A stretch of 64,000 nt of DNA from Bacillota bacterium (GTDB lineage: Bacteria; Bacillota; Clostridia; Christensenellales; DTU072), in assembly GCA_023394875.1 (NCBI GenBank), contig JAEXAB010000003.1, positions 431,895-495,894 on the forward strand, in the 5' to 3' direction. Both the position numbers and the translations under genes were made by a program. Under the pieces are notes generated by a model that was given only the letters and a program-made list of their open reading frames with translations, made no database searches and was not told where the DNA came from. Below, in pieces: positions 30,628 to 38,872 of this stretch. Positions within the stretch are counted from its first letter, which is position 1. Every line of letters starts with the position of its first letter.

Positions 30628-32286
30628 TTAATATCCCGCAAGCTTGTCATAGAGCTTGTCAGTTCTAAAGTAGAGAATTAACCCTACAATTACAGTCATG
30701 CCCAAACTGATTGCCGTAAGGACTATATAAACCCCGTAAATGCCCATATTTAAGGCTCCCATGGGGATGTAAGTAAATACCATGGCGATTATTCCGTAAA
30801 TTACCGAAATGGCAATTCCCAAAATCATACTGTTACTGACATTTTTATTGACCTGAACCAGTTCTCCGTCTCCGTTAACGTCAAAAGAGGGCGACTTTAG
30901 GTCGGCTAAAATGGCTATACAGGTCTGAGAAACAATAACCAATGAGGAAATTGAGAAGATACCCAGCACGTCCAAAACGCCTATATAGTTGCCGTATTTC
31001 TCTCCCCCGAAAATTATCCAAGTGGTAATACAGGACACAAGACTGCTTGCCCCCGCCACCATAAAATAGAGCGCCATTTTGGAAAAAATCTGGGTCTTAA
31101 AACTTACAGGAAAAATCTTGGTCAGATAAAAGCATTGACCGTTTCGACTTATTGTTGTCGATGCGAAACTTACTATAATGGTATCAAAAATCAACACAAC
31201 CATCATGGTAAGACCGGGTATTATTGCTCCGCCCACGCTACTGTCGCCGATTGCTACCGCAAGGTTGTTGCAGTAGTAGACCATAAAAGGGGCTGCAACC
31301 GCCATAGCAAGATATTGGAAGGCATAGTTAAAGGAACGGAAAATAATTGTAGCTTCGGTATGCAACATAGTTGCAAACTGACTTCTTAATTTGTTCTTTG
31401 TCTTTCTGGTAAAAGCCTCTCTGCCTTTTTCCACGCTTTTTAGTAAAGTCGGATAATAATATTTGCCCGCCATAAGTAAGCTTACCGCGCCAAACAGTAA
31501 GGTAATACCGGTAGTAAGCAGTACGCTTAATAGTATCTTCTTACCCGCTAAAATATTGGCATAATAACTTGCCGGAGCTAACGCAGAGGCAAATGATTTA
31601 ATTTTTAACAATACTTCGGGGCTGAAAAGGGAGGCTGTTTCCTGCGTTTCGTAATACTTTAATATGCCTTGGAGCAGTACCATATAGATTGAGAAGGACG
31701 CGACAATCAACACAATTATTGCCGTTAATTGAAAAGCGAACTTGTTTTTCATTAGGTTATTTAAGTGCATTACCGGCACCGCAATAAGGTTTGCAAGAAA
31801 GAACGGTATAAAACTTATAATCATACTTACCGCAACCGAAGCAAAATAATATCCCACGCCTTGATTTAGAAAAATGCCGTAATAAACGTAAAACGGCAAG
31901 GTAAGCACAACGGAAATAATAAGATTATTTAGATAAACGAAAGTTGCTTTCGACAAAAACAACTCCACTCCGCCTATGGGGAAGCGTAACAGTAGCTCAT
32001 TATCCACGTCGTGATAAAGAACTTTTATAAGCCTTCCTGTGCTTGTGCCAAGTTGCACCAGCATAGAAACAGCTGTGGCTATTACTAAAAATTCATATTG
32101 CATGGGAATTGAGCCTAACAGGACCATTTTGCTGACAAAATACATAGCCGCCAAAAAGATAAAATAAATTATGGCGTTAAATATCATATTCAGCGCAAAC
32201 AAGCCCCAATGTTTTTTCGTCGGGTTGCTACCAAGCTCGAACAACCCTCGGAACTCCATTTTGAGCGTTATCCAAAAGTTATTCAT
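30628..32286 (-). CDS. ABC-2 type exporter permease (large, about 12 TM)
   Basis: Start revised to the ATG at 32286 (MNNFWITLK...), which overlaps the ATPase stop (ATGAATAA). The ORF-track start at 32424 lies inside the ATPase gene. Polytopic membrane protein. Confidence 0.75.
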   Translation of the reverse strand: MNNFWITLKMEFRGLFELGSNPTKKHWGLFALNMIFNAIIYFIFLAAMYFVSKMVLLGSIPMQYEFLVIATAVSMLVQLGTSTGRLIKVLYHDVDNELLLRFPIGGVELFLSKATFVYLNNLIISVVLTLPFYVYYGIFLNQGVGYYFASVAVSMIISFIPFFLANLIAVPVMHLNNLMKNKFAFQLTAIIVLIVASFSIYMVLLQGILKYYETQETASLFSPEVLLKIKSFASALAPASYYANILAGKKILLSVLLTTGITLLFGAVSLLMAGKYYYPTLLKSVEKGREAFTRKTKNKLRSQFATMLHTEATIIFRSFNYAFQYLAMAVAAPFMVYYCNNLAVAIGDSSVGGAIIPGLTMMVVLIFDTIIVSFASTTISRNGQCFYLTKIFPVSFKTQIFSKMALYFMVAGASSLVSCITTWIIFGGEKYGNYIGVLDVLGIFSISSLVIVSQTCIAILADLKSPSFDVNGDGELVQVNKNVSNSMILGIAISVIYGIIAMVFTYIPMGALNMGIYGVYIVLTAISLGMTVIVGLILYFRTDKLYDKLAGY

Positions 32287-33055
32287 TTTTGTCACCCTTA
32301 TAGTTGGCATCCATTTCCAGTATTGACTGAATTTTTTCTCTATCCATACCGGTTGCGGTATAGAAGGTTTCTTCAAGTCTGTCCTGATTGGCTTTGTTGT
32401 TGGTAAGTTCCATAGTTTCCACAAGCTTACCGTCGTTAATTATGGCAACGCGGTGACAGAGTTTTTTAACCAGTTCTAAATTGTGGGAAGAAAAGAACAC
32501 CATATTCCCTTTACTGCAATGTTCCTGCATGTGCAAAACAATTTCCGCCATGGATTGGGGGTCAAGCCCCATCATAGGCTCGTCCAATACCCAAAGCTTA
32601 GGCTGATGAATAAGAGCGGCTATTATACAGATTTTTTGTTTCATACCGTGGGAATAACTCTTTATCTGTCTGTCTACGGCAAAGCCAAGATTAAAAAGTT
32701 CCAGGTATCTTTTTAGTCTTCCTTCCCGCTCTTTGCCTACCTTGTAAATGTCTGCTACGTAGTTTACGTATTCCCTACCCGTAAGTTTTTCTATTACAGA
32801 ATGGTTATCGGGCACGTAACCGATATTCATTTTTGCCTTAATGGGATCCTTTCTTACATCGTAGCCGCAAACGTTTATTTTGCCTTCCTCAAAGGGAAGT
32901 ATGCCTGTGATACATTTTATTGTTGTGGACTTACCTGCCCCGTTCTTACCCAAAAAGCCGAAAATCTCTCCTTCTCTTACTTTCAACGACAAACCGTCAA
33001 CCGAATATTTCTCACTGTTGGGGTATTTTTTCCTTAGATTGTCTATTATTAACAT
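32279..33055 (-). CDS. ABC transporter ATP-binding protein (ABC-2 subfamily)
   Basis: 258 aa. Walker A GKNGAGKST, signature SHGMKQK, Walker B WVLDEP. Confidence 0.9.
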   Translation of the reverse strand: MLIIDNLRKKYPNSEKYSVDGLSLKVREGEIFGFLGKNGAGKSTTIKCITGILPFEEGKINVCGYDVRKDPIKAKMNIGYVPDNHSVIEKLTGREYVNYVADIYKVGKEREGRLKRYLELFNLGFAVDRQIKSYSHGMKQKICIIAALIHQPKLWVLDEPMMGLDPQSMAEIVLHMQEHCSKGNMVFFSSHNLELVKKLCHRVAIINDGKLVETMELTNNKANQDRLEETFYTATGMDREKIQSILEMDANYKGDKNE

Positions 33056-33092
33056 ATTTTTCTCCTAATTAATCATGGTAAAGACGTATAAC

Positions 33093-33118
33093 GCAAAAAG
33101 CACTTTTTGTAAAAGCGC
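33093..33118 (-). terminator. Intrinsic terminator between the small membrane-protein gene and the ABC operon
   Basis: On the minus strand, GCGCTTTT-ACA-AAAAGTGC (33118-33100; 8 bp with one G-U pair) is followed by TTTTT. Confidence 0.55.
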
Positions 33119-33146
33119 ACGAAAACAAAAGTAATTATTCTAAAAT

Positions 33147-33584
33147 TTACTGCAATAGCGCCAAACTTGGCTTGTGAAACAGCAGCATAGGCTCTTTAAC
33201 GGGCGCGCTTTTTAATAAAGCGGTAGTGTCCGAAAGTCTGCTGCATTTGTTGTGGGAATGCAAAAAGTAATTAAAAATCATTAATAAGAAAGCGGCAAAC
33301 TCCATTAGCATAAGCACAATAACAGGCATTATGTGGTTCATGGCAAATTCGGCAAAGAAAATGCCGCCGCTTTGTCCCATGCTAAAAATAAGACCGCCAA
33401 ACGTCGCTATTACAAAGGACAGGAAGTTGGCGAAATTTTTGAAAACGTAACTAATAAGAATCACCCATCTATCGGTCATTTCCGATATCTGAGTACGGAA
33501 AAGAATCAGCGCGCAAAGCAAGAAACACACCGAAAGATTACCGTTTATTGTTGCATAAAAACCGTCCATTATTAGATTTTTCAT
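33147..33584 (-). CDS. Hypothetical polytopic membrane protein, probably translated from a leaderless mRNA
   Basis: Start set to the ATG at 33584 (MKNLIMDGFY..., 145 aa), because a consensus promoter places +1 on that A. The ORF-track start at 33653 is a TTG upstream of that promoter. About 4 TM helices. No family recognised. Confidence 0.45.
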   Translation of the reverse strand: MKNLIMDGFYATINGNLSVCFLLCALILFRTQISEMTDRWVILISYVFKNFANFLSFVIATFGGLIFSMGQSGGIFFAEFAMNHIMPVIVLMLMEFAAFLLMIFNYFLHSHNKCSRLSDTTALLKSAPVKEPMLLFHKPSLALLQ

Positions 33585-33590
33585 AGCATT

Positions 33591-33619
33591 ATTATACTTA
33601 ATATATACTTTTATGTCAA
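33591..33619 (-). promoter_or_regulatory. Consensus promoter positioned for a leaderless transcript
   Basis: On the minus strand: TTGACA (33619-33614), 17-nt spacer, TATAAT (33596-33591), then 6 nt (AATGCT), then the ATG at 33584. No SD is present. Confidence 0.5.
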
Positions 33620-33678
33620 ACAAAATCACATATAGTGGCATTTTCGCAGCCAATTTTCACAAAAATTTATAATTTTAC

Positions 33679-33707
33679 TTGACATAAATTTTCTATTATG
33701 ATATGAT
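33679..33707 (+). promoter_or_regulatory. Promoter of the Fur-family regulator / rubrerythrin operon
   Basis: TTGACA (33679-33684), 17-nt spacer, TATGAT (33702-33707). Confidence 0.55.
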
Positions 33708-33723
33708 AATGATAATCATTATC
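33705..33723 (+). promoter_or_regulatory. Fur box (exact 19-bp consensus) overlapping the -10 element and TSS
   Basis: GATAATGATAATCATTATC at 33705-33723 is identical to the classical Fur-box consensus. It contains TGATAAT-C-ATTATCA (33710-33724), the Bacillus 7-1-7 Fur motif. Confidence 0.75.
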
Positions 33724-33735
33724 AATAAGGATATT

Positions 33736-34104
33736 ATGAAGAACACACAGCAAAGGGAAGAAATATTCAGACACCTAACTAAAACTACCTCACATCCCAC
33801 TGCGGAGGAAGTTTATTTTGAAGTCAAAAAAGTCCTCCCCAACGTAGGAATAGCCACCGTTTACCGTAATTTGCGTAATCTTAGGTCAAATAATGAAATA
33901 AATTGCGTACAGTCAACTGACGGCAAAGAGCATTTTGACGCCAACCTTTCCCCTCACGCTCATTTTACTTGCGAAAGTTGCGGCAAAATTACCGACATTT
34001 TTCTTAGTGAAGAACAAAGCAAAATGCTGTATACTATAAGCGATGGAAGACTCCAGCTAAATTACTACGGACTGTGCCCCGATTGCGAAAAAACAAAAAA
34101 TTAA
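33736..34104 (+). CDS. Fur-family metalloregulator (Fur/PerR-like)
   Basis: Start revised to the ATG at 33736 (MKNTQQREE..., 122 aa; SD AAGGA). The ORF-track start at 33703 lies inside the -10/Fur box. [10 protein letters not shown] and CPDC structural-Zn CxxC pairs. Confidence 0.85.
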   Translation: MKNTQQREEIFRHLTKTTSHPTAEEVYFEVKKVLPNVGIATVYRNLRNLRSNNEINCVQSTDGKEHFDANLSPHAHFTCESCGKITDIFLSEEQSKMLYTISDGRLQLNYYGLCPDCEKTKN

Positions 34105-34129
34105 ACATATAAAAAGGAGAATATTTATT

Positions 34130-34660
34130 ATGAAGTATGTATGTTCCGTTTGCGGTTATACCACCGATTCTTTACCCGAAGCTTGCCCTATCTGCAAGGC
34201 AGTCAAAGAAAAATTCAACGCAGTCAGCGAAGAAGTGACTTTCGTAGCCGAACATAAAGTAGGCGAAGCCAAAGGCGTGGAAATGGATATTATCGACGAT
34301 TTGAGAATGAATTTCAACGGCGAATGCAGCGAAGTAGGCATGTACCTTGCTATGAGCAGAGTTGCCGACCGTCAAGGCTTCCCCGAAATTGCCGAAGCTT
34401 ATAAGAGAATTGCTTTCGAAGAGGCAGAACACGCCGCTAAGTTTGCCGAACTTCTAGGTGAAGTAGTTACCGACAGCACCAAAGAAAATCTTACTTTGCG
34501 CGTAAACGCAGAGAGCGGAGCCTGCATGGGCAAACTTGACCTAGCTATGAGAGCAAAACAAAGAGGCTACGACGCTATTCACGACACCGTTCACGAAATG
34601 GCAAAGGACGAAGCCAGACACGGCAAAGCCTTCCAAGGACTTCTAAAAAGATATTTCTAA
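34130..34660 (+). CDS. rbr: Reverse rubrerythrin (N-terminal rubredoxin-like domain, C-terminal diiron ferritin-like domain)
   Basis: 176 aa. N-terminal CSVCGY...CPICKA. Two ExxH diiron motifs ([18 protein letters not shown]). Confidence 0.9.
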   Translation: MKYVCSVCGYTTDSLPEACPICKAVKEKFNAVSEEVTFVAEHKVGEAKGVEMDIIDDLRMNFNGECSEVGMYLAMSRVADRQGFPEIAEAYKRIAFEEAEHAAKFAELLGEVVTDSTKENLTLRVNAESGACMGKLDLAMRAKQRGYDAIHDTVHEMAKDEARHGKAFQGLLKRYF

Positions 34661-34682
34661 AATTGATTTATAAAAAAATTAA

Positions 34683-34710
34683 CTCCCCCGTTTTTGCGGG
34701 GGGGTTTTTT
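34683..34710. terminator. Bidirectional terminator between rbr and the GH13 gene
   Basis: CTCCCCCG-TTTTTG-CGGGGGGG followed by TTTTTT. Confidence 0.85.
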
Positions 34711-34711
34711 G

Positions 34712-36472
34712 TTATTTGATTACTATTTCGTAGGTTATTTCTTTGGCGTTAACTTTTAACGTGATATTGCCCCTTTCTATAATTACTTCGTTTCCTGACC
34801 CTGTCACTTTGGCTTGGGCGCAGAAATCTTCTTTGTGCTCTCTGCGTAAATTACCTAAGTAGCGGTAATGCTCAAGCAATTGTTTGTCGATATTATCCCA
34901 ACTAAAGGGTCGGCGGTTAATTGGGTCTTCAAAGCCTTGCATACCTATTTCATCGCCGTAATAAAGGCTGGGCACTCCCGGTAAGAAGTATTGCAGACAG
35001 CTGGCAAGCTTTAGTTTCTTTCTGCCATCGGCGTACTGCTCTTTTGTCATGCGGAAATCCTTCTTTTCCTGCTTGGTCATACTGCAATGAGTTTTGGCGG
35101 CAAGGGCGTTTATGGCTCTTACCGTATCGTGACTGTCAATAAGAGTCATACAAACGTCTAGGCTCATTTTGGGATAATTTTCTATAATCGTCATAGTCTG
35201 GTCGGCGAAAAGTTCTCCGTCATGACCGTTAAGATATTCCAGTATGGAATCCTTAAAAACGTAGTTCATAACTCCGTCTAATTCTTTTCCGCGGAAATAC
35301 TCTCTTTCTTCGCCGTAGCTGTGTTTGGTGGTCGCATCCTCCCAAACCTCTCCGATTACCAAACAATCTTGGGAACATTTTTTGATCCGCGCCGTTATGG
35401 TTTTCAAAAATTCAGAGCTTAGTTCGTCAACTACGTCCAGTCTCCAACCCTTAACGCCCATATCCGTCCACTTGGATATAATGCCGTCTTCTCCTGCTAT
35501 TAGCTCATGATAGCCTTTGGCGTCTCTTGCTACCGTAGGCACTACGGTTATTCCCCACCAGCACTTATACGTGTCAGGAAAGTCGATAAAAGTAAACCAG
35601 TCGTAATAAGGACTTTTTTTGGATTGATATGCTCCAACGCTTTCAAAATGATTAAACTTGTTAAAATAAACACTGTCGGCGCCGGTATGGTTAAACACTC
35701 CGTCAAGTATTATAGAAATACCTTTTTCCCCCGCTTTATTAATTAGTGCCTGAAACTCCTCTTCCGTCCCTAGCATAGGGTCGATTTTTGTATAGTCGGC
35801 GGTGTCGTAGCGGTGGTTGCTGTTGGATAAAAATATCGGGGATAAGTAAATTGCGGTAACCCCCAGTTTGTATAGGTAATCCAATTTAGAAATTATACCG
35901 CGGAAGTTCCCGCCGTAAAAATCGTTGGCTCTGTACACTCCGTCGGGGTCTATTATAGTTACGTCCTCTTCCCATTTTTTGGCTGCGCCGTAGCGGGGCG
36001 GATAATACTCTCCCTCATGGCAAAACCTGTCGGCGAAGATATGATAAACCACTCCGCCCTTAAAATAATCGGGGGTGGAATAGGCTTTTTCGTATACCGA
36101 AAGTTGCCATTCGGGAAGCCAATCTCCCATTATAGCTTGTCCGTTGTAGCCTCTTCCCACAAAGCTTGTAGTGTTCCCGCGCTTGATTTCGAACCTATAA
36201 AAATATGTGCCTTCCCGTTCTACAGCAAACTCCAAAGAGAACATGTCATAATTACCCTCGCTATATTCCTTGGTAAGCTCAAAATTTTCGTGGTGGTCGT
36301 TGCGGCGAAGAATCATAATGACTCTCTCGGCGTTGAAAGTCTTCTTTACGGGAAAATAAATACTAACCCTTTGGGCAGTGGCTACTGCGCCAAAGGGCTG
36401 TTTGTATTTTATATCGCGGGAATTAAAAAGCAGGGTACTAGACCTTTGTGAGGTTCCAAATGCGGGTTGCAT
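34712..36472 (-). CDS. Glycoside hydrolase family 13 (neopullulanase/maltogenic-amylase-like alpha-glucosidase)
   Basis: GH13 regions I-IV are present: DGVFNHTG, GWRLDVVDE, IGEVWED, LIDSHD. Start provisionally set to the ATG at 36472, although GGAGG is only 3 nt upstream. The TTG at 36526 remains possible. Either start overlaps the 3' end of glgP. Confidence 0.85.
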   Translation of the reverse strand: MQPAFGTSQRSSTLLFNSRDIKYKQPFGAVATAQRVSIYFPVKKTFNAERVIMILRRNDHHENFELTKEYSEGNYDMFSLEFAVEREGTYFYRFEIKRGNTTSFVGRGYNGQAIMGDWLPEWQLSVYEKAYSTPDYFKGGVVYHIFADRFCHEGEYYPPRYGAAKKWEEDVTIIDPDGVYRANDFYGGNFRGIISKLDYLYKLGVTAIYLSPIFLSNSNHRYDTADYTKIDPMLGTEEEFQALINKAGEKGISIILDGVFNHTGADSVYFNKFNHFESVGAYQSKKSPYYDWFTFIDFPDTYKCWWGITVVPTVARDAKGYHELIAGEDGIISKWTDMGVKGWRLDVVDELSSEFLKTITARIKKCSQDCLVIGEVWEDATTKHSYGEEREYFRGKELDGVMNYVFKDSILEYLNGHDGELFADQTMTIIENYPKMSLDVCMTLIDSHDTVRAINALAAKTHCSMTKQEKKDFRMTKEQYADGRKKLKLASCLQYFLPGVPSLYYGDEIGMQGFEDPINRRPFSWDNIDKQLLEHYRYLGNLRREHKEDFCAQAKVTGSGNEVIIERGNITLKVNAKEITYEIVIK

Positions 36473-38852
36473 ATTCCTCCACGCTTCTGTCTGCGGCGAA
36501 GAATCCCGCCTTGGCAATATTAACAAGGCTCATTCTTCCCCAACGGTATTTGTCAAGGTAGGCGGCATTCAATCTGTCTTGCGCGTCTACGTAGCTGGAG
36601 AAATCGGCAAGGCACATATAGGGGTCGGCTTGAGAACCTCTTCCTATAGTAAGACTGTCGGCTATTTCGCTGAAAGTAACGTTGTTTATTCCGTTTCTTA
36701 GCATATCGATAATATTCTTTATGCGTCTGTCGGTGTTATAGTAGTTGGTAGGATTGTATCCGTCGCAATAGAGTCTTTCCACTTCGTCGGCGAACATACC
36801 GAAAATAAATATGTTTTCATCGCCCACTCTCTCGTGTATTTCTACGTTAGCGCCGTCCATTGTACCCATGGTAACAGCTCCGCTAATCATAAACTTCATA
36901 TTGCCGGTACCGCTAGCTTCTTTACCCGCAATGGATATTTGTTCGCTAACATCGCTTGCCGGCATAATGATTTCTGCCAAAGATACACGGTAATTTTCTA
37001 CAAACACAATTTTGATTTTGTCTTTTATGGACTTATCGTTGTTGATTAAATCTCCCATACAGCAGATAAGGCGTATTATTTGCTTAGCCATAAAATAACT
37101 GCTTGCCGCTTTGGCTCCGAAAATAAAGGTTCTCGGCACAATGTCTAAGTCGGGATTGGCTTTTAACCTATTATACAGTTCCAAAATGTGCAGCGCGTTA
37201 AGTAACTGACGCTTATATTCGTGCAGTCTCTTTACTTGCACGTCAAAAATAGAATCCGGGTCAATAAGAACGTTATTCTTATTCTTGATATACTCGGCAA
37301 GTTTAATCTTATTCTTTTTCTTAATCTCAAAAAGCTCGTCAACGGACTCTTTATTATGTTGGAATTTTAGCAGTTCTTCCAATTTTGACGCGTCTTTTAA
37401 CCAGCCGTCCCCTATCCTGTCGGTAATAAAATCAGCCAACAGCGGGTTAGCCTCGCCAACCCAGCGGCGGTGAGTAATGCCGTTGGTTACGTTAGTAAAC
37501 TTTTCGGGCGCAACTTTGTAATAGTCGGCAAAAACGCTGTTTTTAAGAATGTTACTGTGGAGCATAGAAACGCCGTTTATGGTGTGGGAAGCCGCCAAGC
37601 AGAGATTAGCCATTTTTACAATACCGTCACTCATAATAGCGTTTGCCGCAATTTTATCCCATTGATTAGGATAAACCTTCCAAAGTTCGGCGCAGTAACG
37701 TTGATTGATTTCGTTTACTATCTGGAAAATACGGGGCAACAAGGACTTAAACAAGTCTTGCGGCCAGATTTCCAAAGCTTCCTGCATAACGGTGTGGTTG
37801 GTGTAAGATATAGTTTCGTTAATAATCTTCCAAGCGTCGTCCCAAGTGTAGCCGTATTCGTCAAGCAAAATCCTTAATAATTCTGGGATACAAAGGGTGG
37901 GGTGGGTATCGTTTATGTGAATAGCCACTTTTTCTCCTAAGTTGTCCAAAGACTCGTTATACTTTAGGTGCTTTTTCAAGATACTTTGAATGGACGCGCT
38001 GACAAAGAAATATTGTTGGCGTAAACGAAGAGACTTACCTTCATAATGATTGTCGGCAGGGTAAAGAACCTTGCTTATAGCTTCCGCCATCGCTTTAGCC
38101 TCAATAGCTTTTACATATTCTCCGCGGCTAAATAAAGTCATATCAAAGCCCATCGGAGCCTTTGCGCTCCAAAGTCTTAGCGTATTTACCGCGTCACTTT
38201 CATAACCGCTTACGTTCATATCGTAAGGTACGGCAAGAATTATCGTCGCGTTCTTTTGAGTTATGGTAAGTTTATTGTCATTCCAAGTTTCTTCCACAGT
38301 CCCGCCGAATTTTACTTCGCAGGTGTCCTCTTCTCTGGGATTTAGCCATACGTCGCCTTGGTTAAGCCAATCGTCGGGCAATTCCATCTGCCAGCCGTCT
38401 ACTATTCTCTGTTTGAAAATACCGTAGTCGTATCTGATACTAAAACCGCCTGCGGCGTAACCGCAACTGGTTAAGCTGTCCATATAAGCGGCGGCAAGAC
38501 GGCCTAACCCGCCGTTACCTAAACCTGCATCGGGCTCGATTTCCATAAGCTTACTTATGTCAAAACCCATTTCCGATACTGCTTTTGTGGCTTCTTTTAA
38601 TATACCCATATTAAATAGGTGGTTGCGTAACGATCTTCCCAGCAAAAATTCCATAGACATATAATAAATTTGCTTTGTGCCGCTGCCGCGCACCTTTTTC
38701 TTAAAATCCAGTCTCTTTTGTGTCAGAACGTCTTTTACAACAAGGCAAACCGCCCTGTACATTATCTGTTCGCTAGCCTCTTCGACTTTAATACCGAACA
38801 TTTTGGCCAATTTTTGTTCAATCAGCTCTTGAAACTCCTTGCTGCTTACCAT
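36438..38852 (-). CDS. glgP: Glycogen/maltodextrin phosphorylase
   Basis: 804 aa. PLP-lysine motif EASGTGNMKFM. SD AGGAG. Confidence 0.93.
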   Translation of the reverse strand: MVSSKEFQELIEQKLAKMFGIKVEEASEQIMYRAVCLVVKDVLTQKRLDFKKKVRGSGTKQIYYMSMEFLLGRSLRNHLFNMGILKEATKAVSEMGFDISKLMEIEPDAGLGNGGLGRLAAAYMDSLTSCGYAAGGFSIRYDYGIFKQRIVDGWQMELPDDWLNQGDVWLNPREEDTCEVKFGGTVEETWNDNKLTITQKNATIILAVPYDMNVSGYESDAVNTLRLWSAKAPMGFDMTLFSRGEYVKAIEAKAMAEAISKVLYPADNHYEGKSLRLRQQYFFVSASIQSILKKHLKYNESLDNLGEKVAIHINDTHPTLCIPELLRILLDEYGYTWDDAWKIINETISYTNHTVMQEALEIWPQDLFKSLLPRIFQIVNEINQRYCAELWKVYPNQWDKIAANAIMSDGIVKMANLCLAASHTINGVSMLHSNILKNSVFADYYKVAPEKFTNVTNGITHRRWVGEANPLLADFITDRIGDGWLKDASKLEELLKFQHNKESVDELFEIKKKNKIKLAEYIKNKNNVLIDPDSIFDVQVKRLHEYKRQLLNALHILELYNRLKANPDLDIVPRTFIFGAKAASSYFMAKQIIRLICCMGDLINNDKSIKDKIKIVFVENYRVSLAEIIMPASDVSEQISIAGKEASGTGNMKFMISGAVTMGTMDGANVEIHERVGDENIFIFGMFADEVERLYCDGYNPTNYYNTDRRIKNIIDMLRNGINNVTFSEIADSLTIGRGSQADPYMCLADFSSYVDAQDRLNAAYLDKYRWGRMSLVNIAKAGFFAADRSVEEYATRIWNLTKV

Positions 38853-38872
38853 TATTACTCCTTAGTTTTGTA

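Noticed and set aside
33703-33735. N-terminal extension MIMIIIINKDI of the Fur-family protein in the ORF track.
   Set aside because: It is the literal translation of the Fur box and -10 region. The predicted TSS (about 33714) is downstream of this ATG, and an SD precedes the ATG at 33736.
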